Below, piece after piece: positions 48,951 through 61,386 of a stretch of DNA of 64,000 nucleotides (its first letter is position 1; each line of letters opens with the position of its first letter). The DNA is taken from NCBI GenBank assembly GCA_013239625.1, contig MU057347.1, positions 13,349,388 through 13,413,387 of the forward strand. The letters are read 5' to 3'. Under the pieces are notes generated by a model. The model searched no databases. It had not been told where the DNA came from and saw only the letters and a list, made by a program, of their open reading frames with translations. The position numbers and the translations under genes are program-made. Source of the DNA: Lama guanicoe. Taxonomy: Eukaryota.

Positions 48951-50394
48951 CATTGAGAAAAGCAGCAAGGAGAAGAGTGCCAATTAGCACCCAAGTCCCC
49001 TCCTGGGAGTGAAAACCATAAATATTAATGGCCATAATCACCTGGTATTAGTCATAATGCCTTGTAAATTAAGGCCATTTTACTGGGAGTAAATAACCAT
49101 GTTAGTGGTAGCAAAAGGTAACAGTGTCGCTGGCTGCATGCCAGTGTGGCCCAAGGTGATGGTCTAAATCAGGAGAGATGGGTCCAATCCGCGAAGTGGG
49201 GCAGCGGCATCCCGGGCAGGCGGGGTCAGGGGCAGGGGGTGTGGCCCACCCTCTCAGCATCTGCAGTCTCTCTATGCAGGGACCTGGAGCACAGCTGATC
49301 TGACAGGCGCAGCTTCAGACAAGTGAAGTCTGGGAAGATAAAGCTTCCAGGGAGAGGTGAGGCCAGGCGGGCAGGGGGCAGGGGTCTCAGGGGAGGCGGC
49401 CCCGAGGGTGCAAACACTTCAGCTCAGGGCAGAGGGTGGAAGTCCTGGCTGCTACGCATCCTCTTCTGTTGCAGCCTTGATGTCTTTGATATGTGATGCG
49501 GCCCCTTCTCTCCTTCCTCCGCCTTCCTCCCCCTCCTCTCTTCATCCTCTTTCTCTGCCTCTACACCTGCCAGGGCAGACTTCTCAAGTAGACACGGGAG
49601 ATGCCGAGCATGGGGCTCACCTGACTTCTAGGGTCTCCTCCCCTATTTCTGTTACAATTAAAAGGAAAACAATGAACTTTTATTAGACTGCAGAAAATAT
49701 TTTAATCTGCAATATTAATCTATTCAGCTTTATATCAATGCAGCCATCAAATGTAATGTTCAATAATTATTATGGAGAAAGGTAGAAGTGCTCAGGGCCC
49801 CCCAAACTCACACGGTCCTGCCTTCTGTCGTCCCCTCTTCTCCACCTCCTTTTCCTCACCCTCCTCCCATCCCCCCCTTTCCTTCTCGACCTCCTCCTCT
49901 TTCTCCATCTCCTCCCCCTCCTCTCACTAACCATGGGATCTTAAGCAATCAGCATTGCCTTATGGAGCCTCAGTTTCATCCTGTTTAAAACAGGCTAAGA
50001 ACAATAATTAATAATAATCACGATTCAGTGAAATAACATCAGGGAACACTTTTGACAGAGTGGTGCTCAGCAGCGGTACCTCTGTTCCTTTCCAGGAGGT
50101 TCTGGGATCCTGGGAGTCAGAGGCAAAATTTATTTGAAAATCTCAGGGGACACAGTCCCTGGTAATGCACCTCCCCACCTCCACTTGCTAAATGCACCAT
50201 CAGGCCCTCTCTGTCCCTACTTCTGGGCTCTCCCATTCTTCTAAAGGATAAATGCTTCTCTTGACCCTCGGAGAAAAATCACAAGGCCCTTGATTAGACT
50301 AGATAGATCAAATAGTGCCTCCAAATCCCACCAGAAAGCAAGCATCCATTTGGCTGGCTCTCGCAAGAGGGGGTGCTCCCAGCTCCTTGTCAGC

Positions 50395-50569
50395 CAGGAC
50401 TGGATGCATAATTTACAGAACCCAGTGCAAAATGAAAATGCAGGGCCCCTTGTTCAGAAATTATGATGATTTTCCAGACAGTGACAGCAGAGTATAAACA
50501 AAATGTGGGGCCCTCCTGAGCACAGAGCCCAGAGCTACTGCAGGAGTTGGGAGCCCATGACGATGCCCG
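50395..50569 (-). mobile_element. MER45A hAT-Tip100 MITE
   Basis: cccagtgcaaaatgaaaatgcagggccccttgttc...gacagcagag; 8-bp TSD ttgtcagc / tggtcagc. Confidence 0.85.
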
Positions 50570-51349
50570 TGGTCAGCTTGGAGCTGCAGGCCTGAGGGTG
50601 GGTGTCTGTGCGATGGGGAGGGGAGAGCAGTGATGCTGACTCTGTTTCATTCCCCACCCCCACTCCACTTTTGCCTAGCACCGCGCCTGGCACACAGTAG
50701 GTCACCTACAAGTTCACTCACTTCTCTAAGTGCTGATCGAGCCTACAGAGTCAGATGAGACCCCTCCCTGGGGGCTGTGCCCTGGACCCCCTCCAGCTTC
50801 CCCCAGACAGAAAGATCCCTGGCTGCAAGTTATGCTGGCCATAAGCACCCCCACCCCTGCTCATCACATATATCATAGGCCAGGAGTGAAAAGAAAATGA
50901 AATAATAATGGTTGAAATAATAAAAGTCAAAATCCATTAAGCACATACAAGGTGCTGGTCTAAGCTAACTGGCTCTATCTTCACCTATTTTAATTCTCAC
51001 AACAACCTTCTGATGTGGGTCCTATGATGATCTTCATTTGGCACAGGAGGAAACTGAGGCACAGAGAGGTAAGGGCACTTGCCCAAGGCCACACAATCAG
51101 GAAGCTGCAGACCTGGGCTCCAGTGAAGGCTGATGTTGGGCCAGAGCGAGAAGGGAAAGGAAGGGTCATGTCACCTGTTCCCAGCCTCTGGGCAGGAGAC
51201 CCACAGGCCCCTAGGAGATGCCTTCTCCCATGAGCTGGGTAGAGAGGATGGATGACAGTAGAGGAGTGTGTGGCCCCTGAGAGCGTGTTGGGCCATGAGT
51301 CCTGAGACGTGTGTTAGAATCCGGGTTCTACCACTGTGTCAACCTGGAA

Positions 51350-51900
51350 GGTCACTCACCCTGATCTGCACCTCCCCCCCAACTTTGCTGACCTCACCTC
51401 CTGCACCCTCTCTTCACTCCTACGCCAACACACTGGCCTCCCAACTGATCCTAGAATCTACCAGATGCATTCCCACCCCAGGACCTTTGCACTTGCAGCT
51501 ATCATTTCTGGAGCACCCTCTATTCACATGGTTCCTTATTTTTCTGGCTTAAATTCAAGGAGCATGAAGTATGTGTGTGTGGCAAGGGAGGATAATCTTC
51601 TCTGTGACAGAGAGGACTTCTCTGACCGCCTCATCAGATAATATATGTACACCGCTTCGAACAGCACCCAATACTTGGTAAACATCGCAGAATTGCCTAG
51701 TACTATTACTGACATCTAAATTCGCAGCCCCTCTACTTCTCATTCAGCTCTGCTTTCCTCCTCTAGTCTTCATCACTACACGTCTCCCTTCCTGAAATTA
51801 TCTTCCATGTTTGTCTACTTGAGTACCATCTGTCTCTCCCACTAGCTCCACTGGGCTGGGACTTTGTCTCAGTCACTTTGGACCCAAGTTAGCACAGAGC
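51350..51900 (+). mobile_element. L2 LINE fragments
   Basis: cacactggcctcc...ccaggacctttgcacttgc...tctgtctctcccactag. Confidence 0.65.
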
Positions 51901-52284
51901 TCAGCTGGTGTTCCAGGGCCAGGAGGTCACTGCTCTGAGCCTCACTTTTTTCAGGAGGTAACAGCAGCCCCCACAAAGGCCAAGGAGCGAATGGAAGGAG
52001 GGGAGACCAAGCCACAGGTCTGTGATACTAGTGAGGGGACTGTAGTGAGTCCCTAGAGCTTAGCCCAGAAAGCTGGCCACTGCAGCTGCCAGTCAGCACG
52101 GAGGGCTACCCTGACGGTCCGGCCTGACCTAGGAGACTGCGCAGATGTGGACAGCATCCTGGGTGGGGTCGGAGGTGGGGGGATGTCACCTGGGCTCCAG
52201 ACTTCAGCCCCACCCTAGTCTGACAGGCAGCTGAGGGGGCGGGACCACGTGGATCTTTGTTACTAGATTCACTCCCTCAAGAAA

Positions 52285-53050
52285 TATTCATGATTAGCCA
52301 CCTGGGAAATGCAAGTCAAAAGCACAGGGAAATCCCACTTCACACCCAGTTGGATGACTAGAATAAAAGAACTAGACAGTACATGGACAGTAGCAAGTGT
52401 AGTGGAGGGTAGAGAGGAACTGGAACCCTCACGCAGTGTTGGTGGGAATGCAGGACAGCGCAGCCACTTTCGAAAACAGTCCGGTAGCTCCTCAAAAGGT
52501 TAAACATAGAGTTACCCTGTGACCCAGCAATTCCACTCCTAAGTATACACCCAAGAGAAATGGAAGCCCACGTCCACACAAAAACTGCTGCGTTATTTAT
52601 GGTAGCCAAAAGAGGAAACAACCCAAATATCCATCAACCAACCAAGGATAAACAAAATGAGCTCTATCCATACAACGGAATATTATTCAGCCGCAGAAAT
52701 GAATGAAGTACTGACAGACGCTACATGGAAGAACCTTGAAAACATTATGCTAAGTGGAAGAGGCCAGGCACAAAAGGCTGCATATTGTATGACTGCACTA
52801 ATGTGAAATGTCCAGAGGAGGCAAATCCACGGAGACAGAAAGCAGATTAGTGGTTGCTTGGGACTGGAATGGGGTCCGGGAAATAGGAAGTGATTGCTGG
52901 TGAGTACAAGGTTTCTTTTTGGGGTGACAGGCATGTTTTAAAATTGACTCTGATGACGGTTGCACCACTATGTATGCACTAAAAAAAATTGTTAAATTGT
53001 ACACTTTATATGGGTGAATTGAACATCCTAATAATATCTCAACAGAGCTG
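52285..53050 (+). mobile_element. L1MB-like 3' end (~0.75 kb)
   Basis: gggaaatgcaagtcaaa...gacccagcaattccactcct...aaacattatgctaagtg...gattagtggttgc...tatatctcaa. Confidence 0.92.
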
Positions 53051-53099
53051 TTATATGTATGTAGATAGACATAATAATTTATGAAGTATCTACTGTGAG

Positions 53100-53720
53100 T
53101 CAAGTGACGAAAACAAAACCCTGCCCTATCAGGAGGCTAACAAGGAAGAGACAGGGGAACAAATCAAAGTGTAATTTGACTTGTAGTGATAAGAAAAATA
53201 AAGCAGGAAGGGAACAGAGGGACAGATGGCAGGGGAGAGGTACTGTGGGCAGGAAGGCCACTCTGAGGAGGTGACATGTGAACAGAGACCTGAATGAAGA
53301 GACTGAGGGAGTCACAGATATCTGATGGAAGAATGCTAGGAAAAATGGCAAGTGCAAAGGCCCTGAGGTGGGAGCAATAATCCAGGGCACCTGGAGTATT
53401 AGGAATCAGAGGGAGGGTGGTAGGAGGTGAGGTCAGAGAATGGATGGGGGTGGATCACGGAGGGCCTGGTAGGCTGTGGGGAGAACTGTAGCTTTATTCT
53501 GAGTAAGGTGGGAGCCATGGGGGAGTTTCGAACAGAGGAGGTATGTAAATTTTCATGGGATCCCTCTGGCTGGGAATGGAGAATGGACTTCAGTGGAGAG
53601 GTGGGCAGGATGGAAGCTGAGAGACCAGGGAGGAGGCTCCCACAATAGACCAGGGGGGAGATGATGGGGGCTTGGCCTAGGGGGTGGAGATGTGGGATGT
53701 GGTCAGGTGCTTGGTGTGTA
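53100..53720 (-). mobile_element. L2 LINE fragment
   Basis: ctgaggaggtgacatgtgaacagagacctgaa...gcaagtgcaaaggccctgagg...ggatccctctggctg. Confidence 0.88.
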
Positions 53721-54916
53721 GTGTGCAATCCCACCCCTGGTCTTGCTTGGACCTCCCCACAGCTCTGCCATCTGCAGGGATTTTATTGCCATTTTACTTG
53801 ACCCAGTGGTTAGCCCAAAGAGGAAGGGACTTCCTACCTAATGAACAGCCTGAACTGCTCAGACTCTCCAAGGTCAACACCCAATCCACAGCCCTTACCC
53901 AGAACCCTGGGAACTCCCATGGATTTGTAGATTCAGGATCCTTACTGTTTCTCCCTCCCGTGACCAAGTGTCCTAACCCCATCTGGGTCCGGGCTCAGCC
54001 TCCACTATCAATTTCCACGAGAAACCCAACCCCACCCAATACTTCATCATTCTGGCAGACTCAACTAAAGACTCAGTTTCTTCATCTATAAAATGGGCAG
54101 AATAGATACCTTGAATGGCCACTGTCAGGGTTAAGTGAGTTAATGTACATAAAAGCCCTTAGAACAGTGCCTGGTGACATGGCTGGCACTCAGTACATGT
54201 TGGCTATTATTATTATATATTATGTATTATTGTGTATTATTATTGTTGTATTCTGATTAGTGGTGAGGGGTATTTGGTAGGTCATGGGGTCTGGGGTGTC
54301 ATGTATTAAAGGAGCTGGTCTAGAGGTAATTCTCTTCCCTCGCCCAGTTCCCACCAGCAAATTTCTCCCTTCAACTCATGAAGCAGAATTTTGCTCCCTT
54401 TCTGGGAAGCATCGGCTCGATCCACCCACACCCCACGGCTTGTACATTTCCAGAGGTCTTAGGAAGCTATCTCCCAACAGCACTGGGACCCTGGGAGGAA
54501 TTCTCCTGCCAGCCACTAAAAGATTGTGTTTATCTGTATCTTGTTCAAGGAAATGGAAGCACAGGAAGATAGAGAAATATGCCCAAGGTCACAAAACTTC
54601 GATGTGGTGGAGTTGGAAATTTAATACACATTTAACATTAAATCAAGTGCTTAAAGATGGGAAGCCAGTTTTAGTGAGTGCCTCTTATGTCTGAGCATTT
54701 TGGATGCATTGTCTTTTTAAAAATTGTATTTTTACATAGATTACATTTTTTGGAAAAGTTAATACACGCATACAGTTTGAAAATCAAAAAGACACAAGAG
54801 GATATACAGCCAGGTAAAAGGGGATCTCCCTTCTGTCCCCATTCCTTGTCATTATCTCCCCTCCCAGGGGACAACCACTGTTCCCAGTTTCTTACAAATC
54901 CTTCCAGTGATGACCT

Positions 54917-55413
54917 ATGAATGGCAGATCCTGCTTACCTACCCAGTATCCATCCTCCACCTTACTGACAGAATCCCAGCTTTGTTCAGATGGCCATGTG
55001 CCCAGAGAAAAATACTCATGTTCCCAGACTCCCTTGCAACTAGAAGCAGCCATGTGACCCAGTTCTGTGCAATGAGATGTAGGCAAAGTCCCTGGGCAAG
55101 GCATTCCTTTCCACTCCCGCCAAAAGACAAAGCACCTAGAGGAGACGACTTCTGTCTTTTTATTTTCCTTTTGCCCTTTGACCTTTTCCTTCCTGCCTGG
55201 AATGTGAACTTGATACCTGGAGGCAGTGCAGCCATTTTGAGACCATGAAGATGAAAGCCACATGCTCTGAATAGGGGAGAGGGAAGAAGGAAGATAACCG
55301 TGTCCTTGAGCAGCTGGGCAGGCACTGGTCCACCCAGCTCTGGACTTCTTGTGCTTGTTCAAACTATTGTTGACTTTTCTGTTCCTTGCGGCTGCATGCC
55401 TTCCTAACTGATA
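54917..55413. mobile_element. LTR33-like solo LTR nested in an antisense L1ME remnant (~54700-55810)
   Basis: cctacccagtatccat...ttcccagactcccttgcaactag...gccatgtgacccagttctg...cctaactgata. Confidence 0.8.
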
Positions 55414-56759
55414 TTCTGTATAAAAAGCAATTACACTTATCTGTATTCTTTCTTCCCCACAGAAGTGGTAGCAAATTCTACACCCACCCTTCAGGATCTT
55501 ACATTTTTACTTCTAATTAGGTATCTTGGAGGCTGTTTCTAATCAGTACACACAAAGTCCCAAACTTAATTACTGTGCCAAAGACTTTGTACACATGCCT
55601 TGTTAAGGCCTTCACCGGTCCCCTCTTAGGCCATATTTGGATTGTTCTCAACCTTGCAAAGATTATCCAGGTACATGTTTCATCTCCCACATGTGAGGGC
55701 GTATCTACAGGAGTAGGAATGCTGAAAGGGCCAGTGCCTTTTAAAAGCTCCTAAATGTTGTCAAATTGCCCTGCAAAGAGGTCTGGCCAATTCGCATTCC
55801 ACCAGCAATGTGTAGAGCACCCACACATTGTCTCTAATCCTTTCACCAACAACAAAATGCTAATGTCTCTTTTGCTGAGACTCAGGGAATTGTATGTGGT
55901 CTATCCAAGGTCACGGCAGGTAACTGGTAGAACTGGGATTCAAACCAAGATCTGGCTGATGTCAAACCTGTGCTTGTAAACACTTACAAGACATTGCTTC
56001 CAGGCAGCTAGGATTCTAGAGATTCTCATCAAAGAGGGAAGAGTGAATACAACCTTGGGTACTGGTCTGTGCCTGAGAAGGGTCTTTGGGTGGAGCTGCG
56101 GAGGGTATGTCCTAGGCTGGCTTTCAGCTCAGATCTGCCACTGCCTTGCTGTGTGAGCAAGTCCTGCCGCCTCTCTGGGCCTCAGTTTCCCCATCTGTAA
56201 AATGGGTAGCTTGGCGTTGTTGGTCTCTAAGACCTTTCAATGCTCAGCTTTTGGAAAGTTTTCAATGTCTAAGGGTCTCCAGGGAGCTGCTGTTCCAGCC
56301 TCCAAAATGGAAACAGTCTTCTGGGTCGTTTTTCCTCTATTCCTGACCAATCAGAGGTCAATAGCGTCCAGGGGGTTCTATTTCTATCTGTGGACTGCAG
56401 TCACACTCCCTGGAGGAAGCTGGGCTGCGGGAGCAGGGAGCAGCCAGGGGCCTGTCTGTGCTGTTCTCTCCGCAGAGCACACCTTCTTCCAGCTCTGACA
56501 CCCAGCCTCTCAGGGCAGTGAATCCAATTATGGTTTCATATACTGAGAGTTTACCATAGGTCAGGCACTTGCCAAAGTGTTTTACAAATATAATATACAC
56601 GCATCTGGAAGAGAGGGCCTATTCTTAGTGCCTTTTTACAGATAAAGAAACAGAGGCGCAGAGAGGTTAAACAGCTTGCCTAAGGTCACTCAGCCAGTTA
56701 AAGTGGAAGGCCTGGGGCTGGCTTCAGGAAGTCTGGGCCAGAGTCCGTGCCCTAAGCAC

Positions 56760-56953
56760 CACAGCACTGTTGACATTTTGGACTGGATCATTCCTTGTCT
56801 GGGGGCCATCCTGTGCATTCTAGGATGTTTAGCAGCATCCCTGGCCTCAACTCACCTGATGTCAGTAGCACCCCTCCCGAGTGTGACAACCAGATGTCCC
56901 ATACATTGCCAAGTGTCCCCTGGGGATCAAAACACCCCTGGCTGAGAACTGTT
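56760..56953 (-). mobile_element. MER20
   Basis: gcactgttgacattttggactggat...ggatgtttagcagcatccctggcctc...ggctgagaac. Confidence 0.9.
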
Positions 56954-58194
56954 GCCTTAACCGCAGCTCTAGAGGAATGAATTCTGGGCCCATGTGGGAG
57001 TTCTTACCCTCCCGACCCCAGATTAGGCTCCTGGGAGGCATTGCCAAAGACCAAGAGACCTTTGCCAGAGGACCATGCCCTGTGCAGATGATGGAGGTGC
57101 TACAGGGCAGTCTTCTCTGAGACTGGTGATGGGAAACTCACTGGTAGTAGCAGTATGCTGGTGGAGTGGGTTTGGAGGTCAGCTGTGTGACATTGGGCAA
57201 GTGCCTTAACCTCTCTGAGATGTAGTCTTCTCAGGCAAAATCAGAGATAACCACTTGCAGAGTTGAGGTGTGAAGCAGGTATCACCATTATAGGTGAGGC
57301 AAAATGAAAGCCAGAAACCACCTCAATATAGGGTCCAGTTAAACAAATTATGGTTCATTCATGGCATGGAAGATTATGTAGCCGTTAAAAACAAATGAGG
57401 TAAATGTATTTTTGCTGATGTGGAAAGATCTCTAAGATTTCTAAATTTATTAATAGTTAAAAAGAAAGGTACAAAGCTATATGTATGACATAACTCCATT
57501 GGTATTAGAAAAAAAATTGAACTTTCAACATATCCTTATTGAAAACCTACTACTTGCAAGGCACTGTTCTAAGCAGTGCAAATACAGTAGTGGATAAAAT
57601 AGACAAAAATCCCTGTGTCCGTGGTGCTTGTGGAATACAAGTATGAAGATACAAACACAAGAAGATTTTATAATAAGAAAATGTTTTTTCTGAGCCTGGA
57701 GATGTAGGGGTGAGATTTCTATCCTTCCATTGAATACCCTTCAGTATTGTTTGAATTAGGCTTCACTGAGTGTGTGTGTTCATTTTAATTATCAGTTTTT
57801 TAAAAACTGGATCAAAAAATTAGAGGCAAAGCACAGTGCCTGGTTGCCTTTACTATGACCATGGATTCAGTTAACTGTTTCCTGAGCACCTACTATGTGC
57901 AGATACTGTGCTGGGTGCCAAGGACACAGTGGTGAGCAAGAAAGATCAGACCTCAGCCCTCAGGGGGTGGACACACTAGTTGGGGGGACAGAGATGTTAG
58001 AGGAGTAACTACAGTGTCATGAGTGTCACAGTGATGATGTCCAGGGGATTATGGAGGCATCAGAACTTAACAGAGTGGAAGCCTACAGATCTGGGGAGTT
58101 GCCAGAGGTCAGTAGCCTGGGCTGCAACCCTCCCTCCTCTGACATGACTCCCACTGTGGGCTGTTCACGGGGCGTGGCCCCGTGAGCTAATACA

Positions 58195-58410
58195 AACAGC
58201 TAAAACCAATTGAGAACTTACAACCAACCAGGCACTCTGGTGCACTTCACATACTAATTTACTTAATCCTTACTATAACTCTATGAAGTAAACAGGATTT
58301 TAATCCCCCACTACAGATAAGAAAGCTAAGGCACAGAGAGGATGAGTAACTTGCCCAAGGTCACACAGCTAGTAAGTAGGAGAACCAGAATTGAAACCCA
58401 GACCCCAAAC
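58195..58410 (-). mobile_element. MIR SINE
   Basis: taatttacttaatcctta...ggcacagagagg...aacttgcccaaggtcacacagctagtaagt. Confidence 0.9.
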
Positions 58411-58739
58411 ATGTAACTACTTCCTTTTATGACTTTCTTCTCCTTTCCCCCCTCTTCCTTGCTCATCGGGGGTAGTGCTCTGCCTCCACATCCTCCCCCA
58501 GATATGGGGATGGCCCTCTGGCCCCACCTCCAGCAGAACAGGCAAGGATGAGAGAACCACTGTCCACAGCCTCCCTCAGAGCCCAGGTGGAGGGGGGATA
58601 AGGAGGGGCGGGCACCAGCAGGAGCACACTGGTGCCTCTGCCAGCCTGTCCTTTAGGGATAAGGACCTGAGTCGACTCTTAGGGCCCAAGGATCCAGGCT
58701 GAATCTAAATTCCAGTCCCTGAGCCCTGCCGTCAGTCAA

Positions 58740-59020
58740 AAACTGAATCCTGATCTTGGGCACACTGAATCTTGACCACAGATTCCTTCATGACCCTGGT
58801 CACAACAGGGCTCTGACTTTGGTCACAATCTGAGCCCTGGTCCTGGTCACACACTGACCTTGGTCTCAGACTGAGCCCTGACCCTCATCACTGACTAATC
58901 CCTGATTCTGGCCACAGAGTCAACCATGACCCGGCCCTAGGGTGAGCCGTGGCTTTGGTCACATGCTGATCTCTGACTGTGGTCATGGCCAAGTCCTGAC
59001 CCTGATCACACGTTGAGCTT
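58740..59020. repeat. Degenerate ~24-bp minisatellite (ctgagccc-TGACCCTGGTCA-caga)
   Basis: Cores start at 58791, 58814, 58838, 58855, 58879, 58903, 58927, 58950, 58974, 58997. Confidence 0.8.
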
Positions 59021-59994
59021 CACCTTGGCTTCATGTGCACAGTCATCTCCAAACACTGCTCTCTACTGTCCAGGGGTCTGGGGAACTTCCAGACCTCCCT
59101 CTTCGCCCCATCCCTGAGCCTGGACCAGTCCTTCCCTCCATGTGCAAGGATCACCCAGCCTGCCATCTCCCAGGGCCAGTCAGGGGTCCTGGGGAGCCCT
59201 AACAAAGACAAGGCAGACATAATTAGGTGGAACAAAATTCCTGGGAGCCCCCTTTGCATCCAGAGGCTTTCAAACCCCTATTTCTCCCTGCCGATCTCCT
59301 CCCATGTTCATGCACATGTTTATCCTGAAATAACATTCAACAGCAGAATTCTGTCTTTAAGGAAGGGAGGTCAGACAACAGCCTGCCCGGCAGCTGGGCA
59401 GAATTCTATTACCAGGAGGAAGTGCTGCCAGCAAGAAAGGACTGTGCCCTCCACTCCCCACAAAGCATCACTCACTCCCCCAGGCCAGCTTCATCTGAGG
59501 GCTGGGAGGAGGCGTGCGGACAGAGGAACCTGTCTGCCCAGCAGTGGCCCTCAGACGGCCGGGGTCTGCACCCGGGGGCCCTGGGATCCGCCCCAGTGTC
59601 TGAACAAGAGTGTAAAGATTTGATAAGGGTCCCCTCTCCAAGGGTGGCAGGGCCTGGGCAGTGCTTGACACATTGGGAAAAAGGCCCTGTGGCCTCCTTG
59701 AAGGACGATGTTTCCTCCTTAAGGCCCCGGGGGGTGGGAGGGATGGGGTGAGGAACACTCGTTCATCACGCCTTCCTCATCACCCGCTCCCTGGAGGGCA
59801 AACATCTGAAATCGTGGAGACTGAGCAGATGCTGAGTTTTCCACCCAGTTCCCCTCTTTCCTCTGGAGGGGAGAGGACTTTAGCTCCTCTGGAGGCTGTG
59901 TGGGGGGGTGTCCAGCTGTGTGTCCTTCAAGCCCCACCACTGCCCCCAGGGCAGCCTAGGGTTGTGTCCCAGTTGAGGAGTCAAGAGTCAAATA

Positions 59995-60865
59995 TCCAGT
60001 GAGCCAGTCAGCGGGACACGGAGGTGGGAAAACTCCGGTCAGCCTGTTGGCCATCTTGTCAATCAGACAGAAAGAGGTAGATGTCTGGCAGCCACTCAGT
60101 CAGGCACATGGTCAGACAACCAGGCAGAGACACAAGTGGTCAGTCCGTCAGTTGGACAAGGAGATGGGCAGACAGACCTATTTGTTACCACCTATCAGTC
60201 AGATACAACAGACACCCAGCGAACAGACAGGCTGTCAGCCCTCTTGCCAGTCAGACCTGGAGACAGCCAGCCAGGCAGTCAGTCAGACCTGGAGATGAAG
60301 ATACAGGCTCCGCCATTCATCCAACCGGACACCGTGGAAAACGGACAGCCCAGCAGACTGTCGGCCAGTCAGACCAACAAGGAGGCAGGCCGATCAGGCA
60401 GCCAGCCAGCCCGCCACTGGGTCAGACACCCAGGCGGGCAGACAGAGTCAGACACTCAGAAAGGCATTTAAATAAGGAGATGGACAATTTGCTATGCATC
60501 CAATTAGTTAGATACAACAGACAGCCAGACTGGCAGGCAGGTAGACAGACATCCATTTAGTCAGAGTTCCGACAGCATGGTCAGAGGGAGCCACTCAGTT
60601 TTACAGCCTCTCAGCCAGCCTGGGGACAGGGGGACTCGAGCACGCACTCAGTCGGCACACAGCAGTAAGGCAGGTGAGCCAGGCAGACACCCAGGCGGGC
60701 AGAAGGACACAGACAGCCACTCATCCAGTCAATCAGACCCCCAGGCAGGAAGACAGGCAGACCTGGGCATGAAACCATCAGGAAGATAGGCAACCGTGTG
60801 GCCAGTCAGTCAGACATCCCACCGCTAGTCAGCGGTGTGGTGGACCAATCAGACCATCAGACCCA
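59995..60865 (+). repeat. Degenerate (CAGN)n array with internal duplications
   Basis: Dense cagacagccagtcag units with exact 14-20-bp internal repeats. Confidence 0.8.
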
Positions 60866-61364
60866 AGCTGCCGCCTGGCCAGTGACCCAACTGGTCCTTA
60901 CGATCCAGGCTGGACAGGGTAGTAGCTGGACCCTATGAGGGATCCTGGCAAATGGAACAGGTGGTCCTGAGCTCACAGAATAACTGGGGGTCTGAACACC
61001 ACTCGCAAGACCCTGACACAGACACCAAAGCAGTAAGGGAAATCTTCCCAGAGGAGGAGGGAGGAGGACCAGGCTCAGCAGGCAAGAACAGAGCATTCCA
61101 GGTGGTCTAGCTGCCCATCGCCCCGCCAGGATTGGAGGCGGTTTTCCTGTTTGGGTCTCCTCTTTCCCTAACCCCAGCCCTCTTCTATCTGTGGGCATAG
61201 GGTCCACACACATTCCCCAGCCTCTTTCCTCACCATGCCCTGCCCCATCCCGGGAGCCATCCCCTCTCTCCCTCTGAAGCACGTGGAACACATTGCCAGG
61301 GCCTGGGAACACCCCAAAGACTTACTATTTTTACAGGCTGCAGGGTTAGAAAAGGGCCAGTGTC

Positions 61365-61386
61365 TGTGTGTGTGTGTGTGTGTGTG
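61365..61386 (+). repeat. (TG)11 microsatellite
   Basis: Read directly. Confidence 0.95.

Noticed and set aside
58740-59020. CRISPR-like repeat-spacer interpretation of the palindromic array
   Set aside because: Eukaryotic context, degenerate cores, spacers related to each other and too short, no cas genes.
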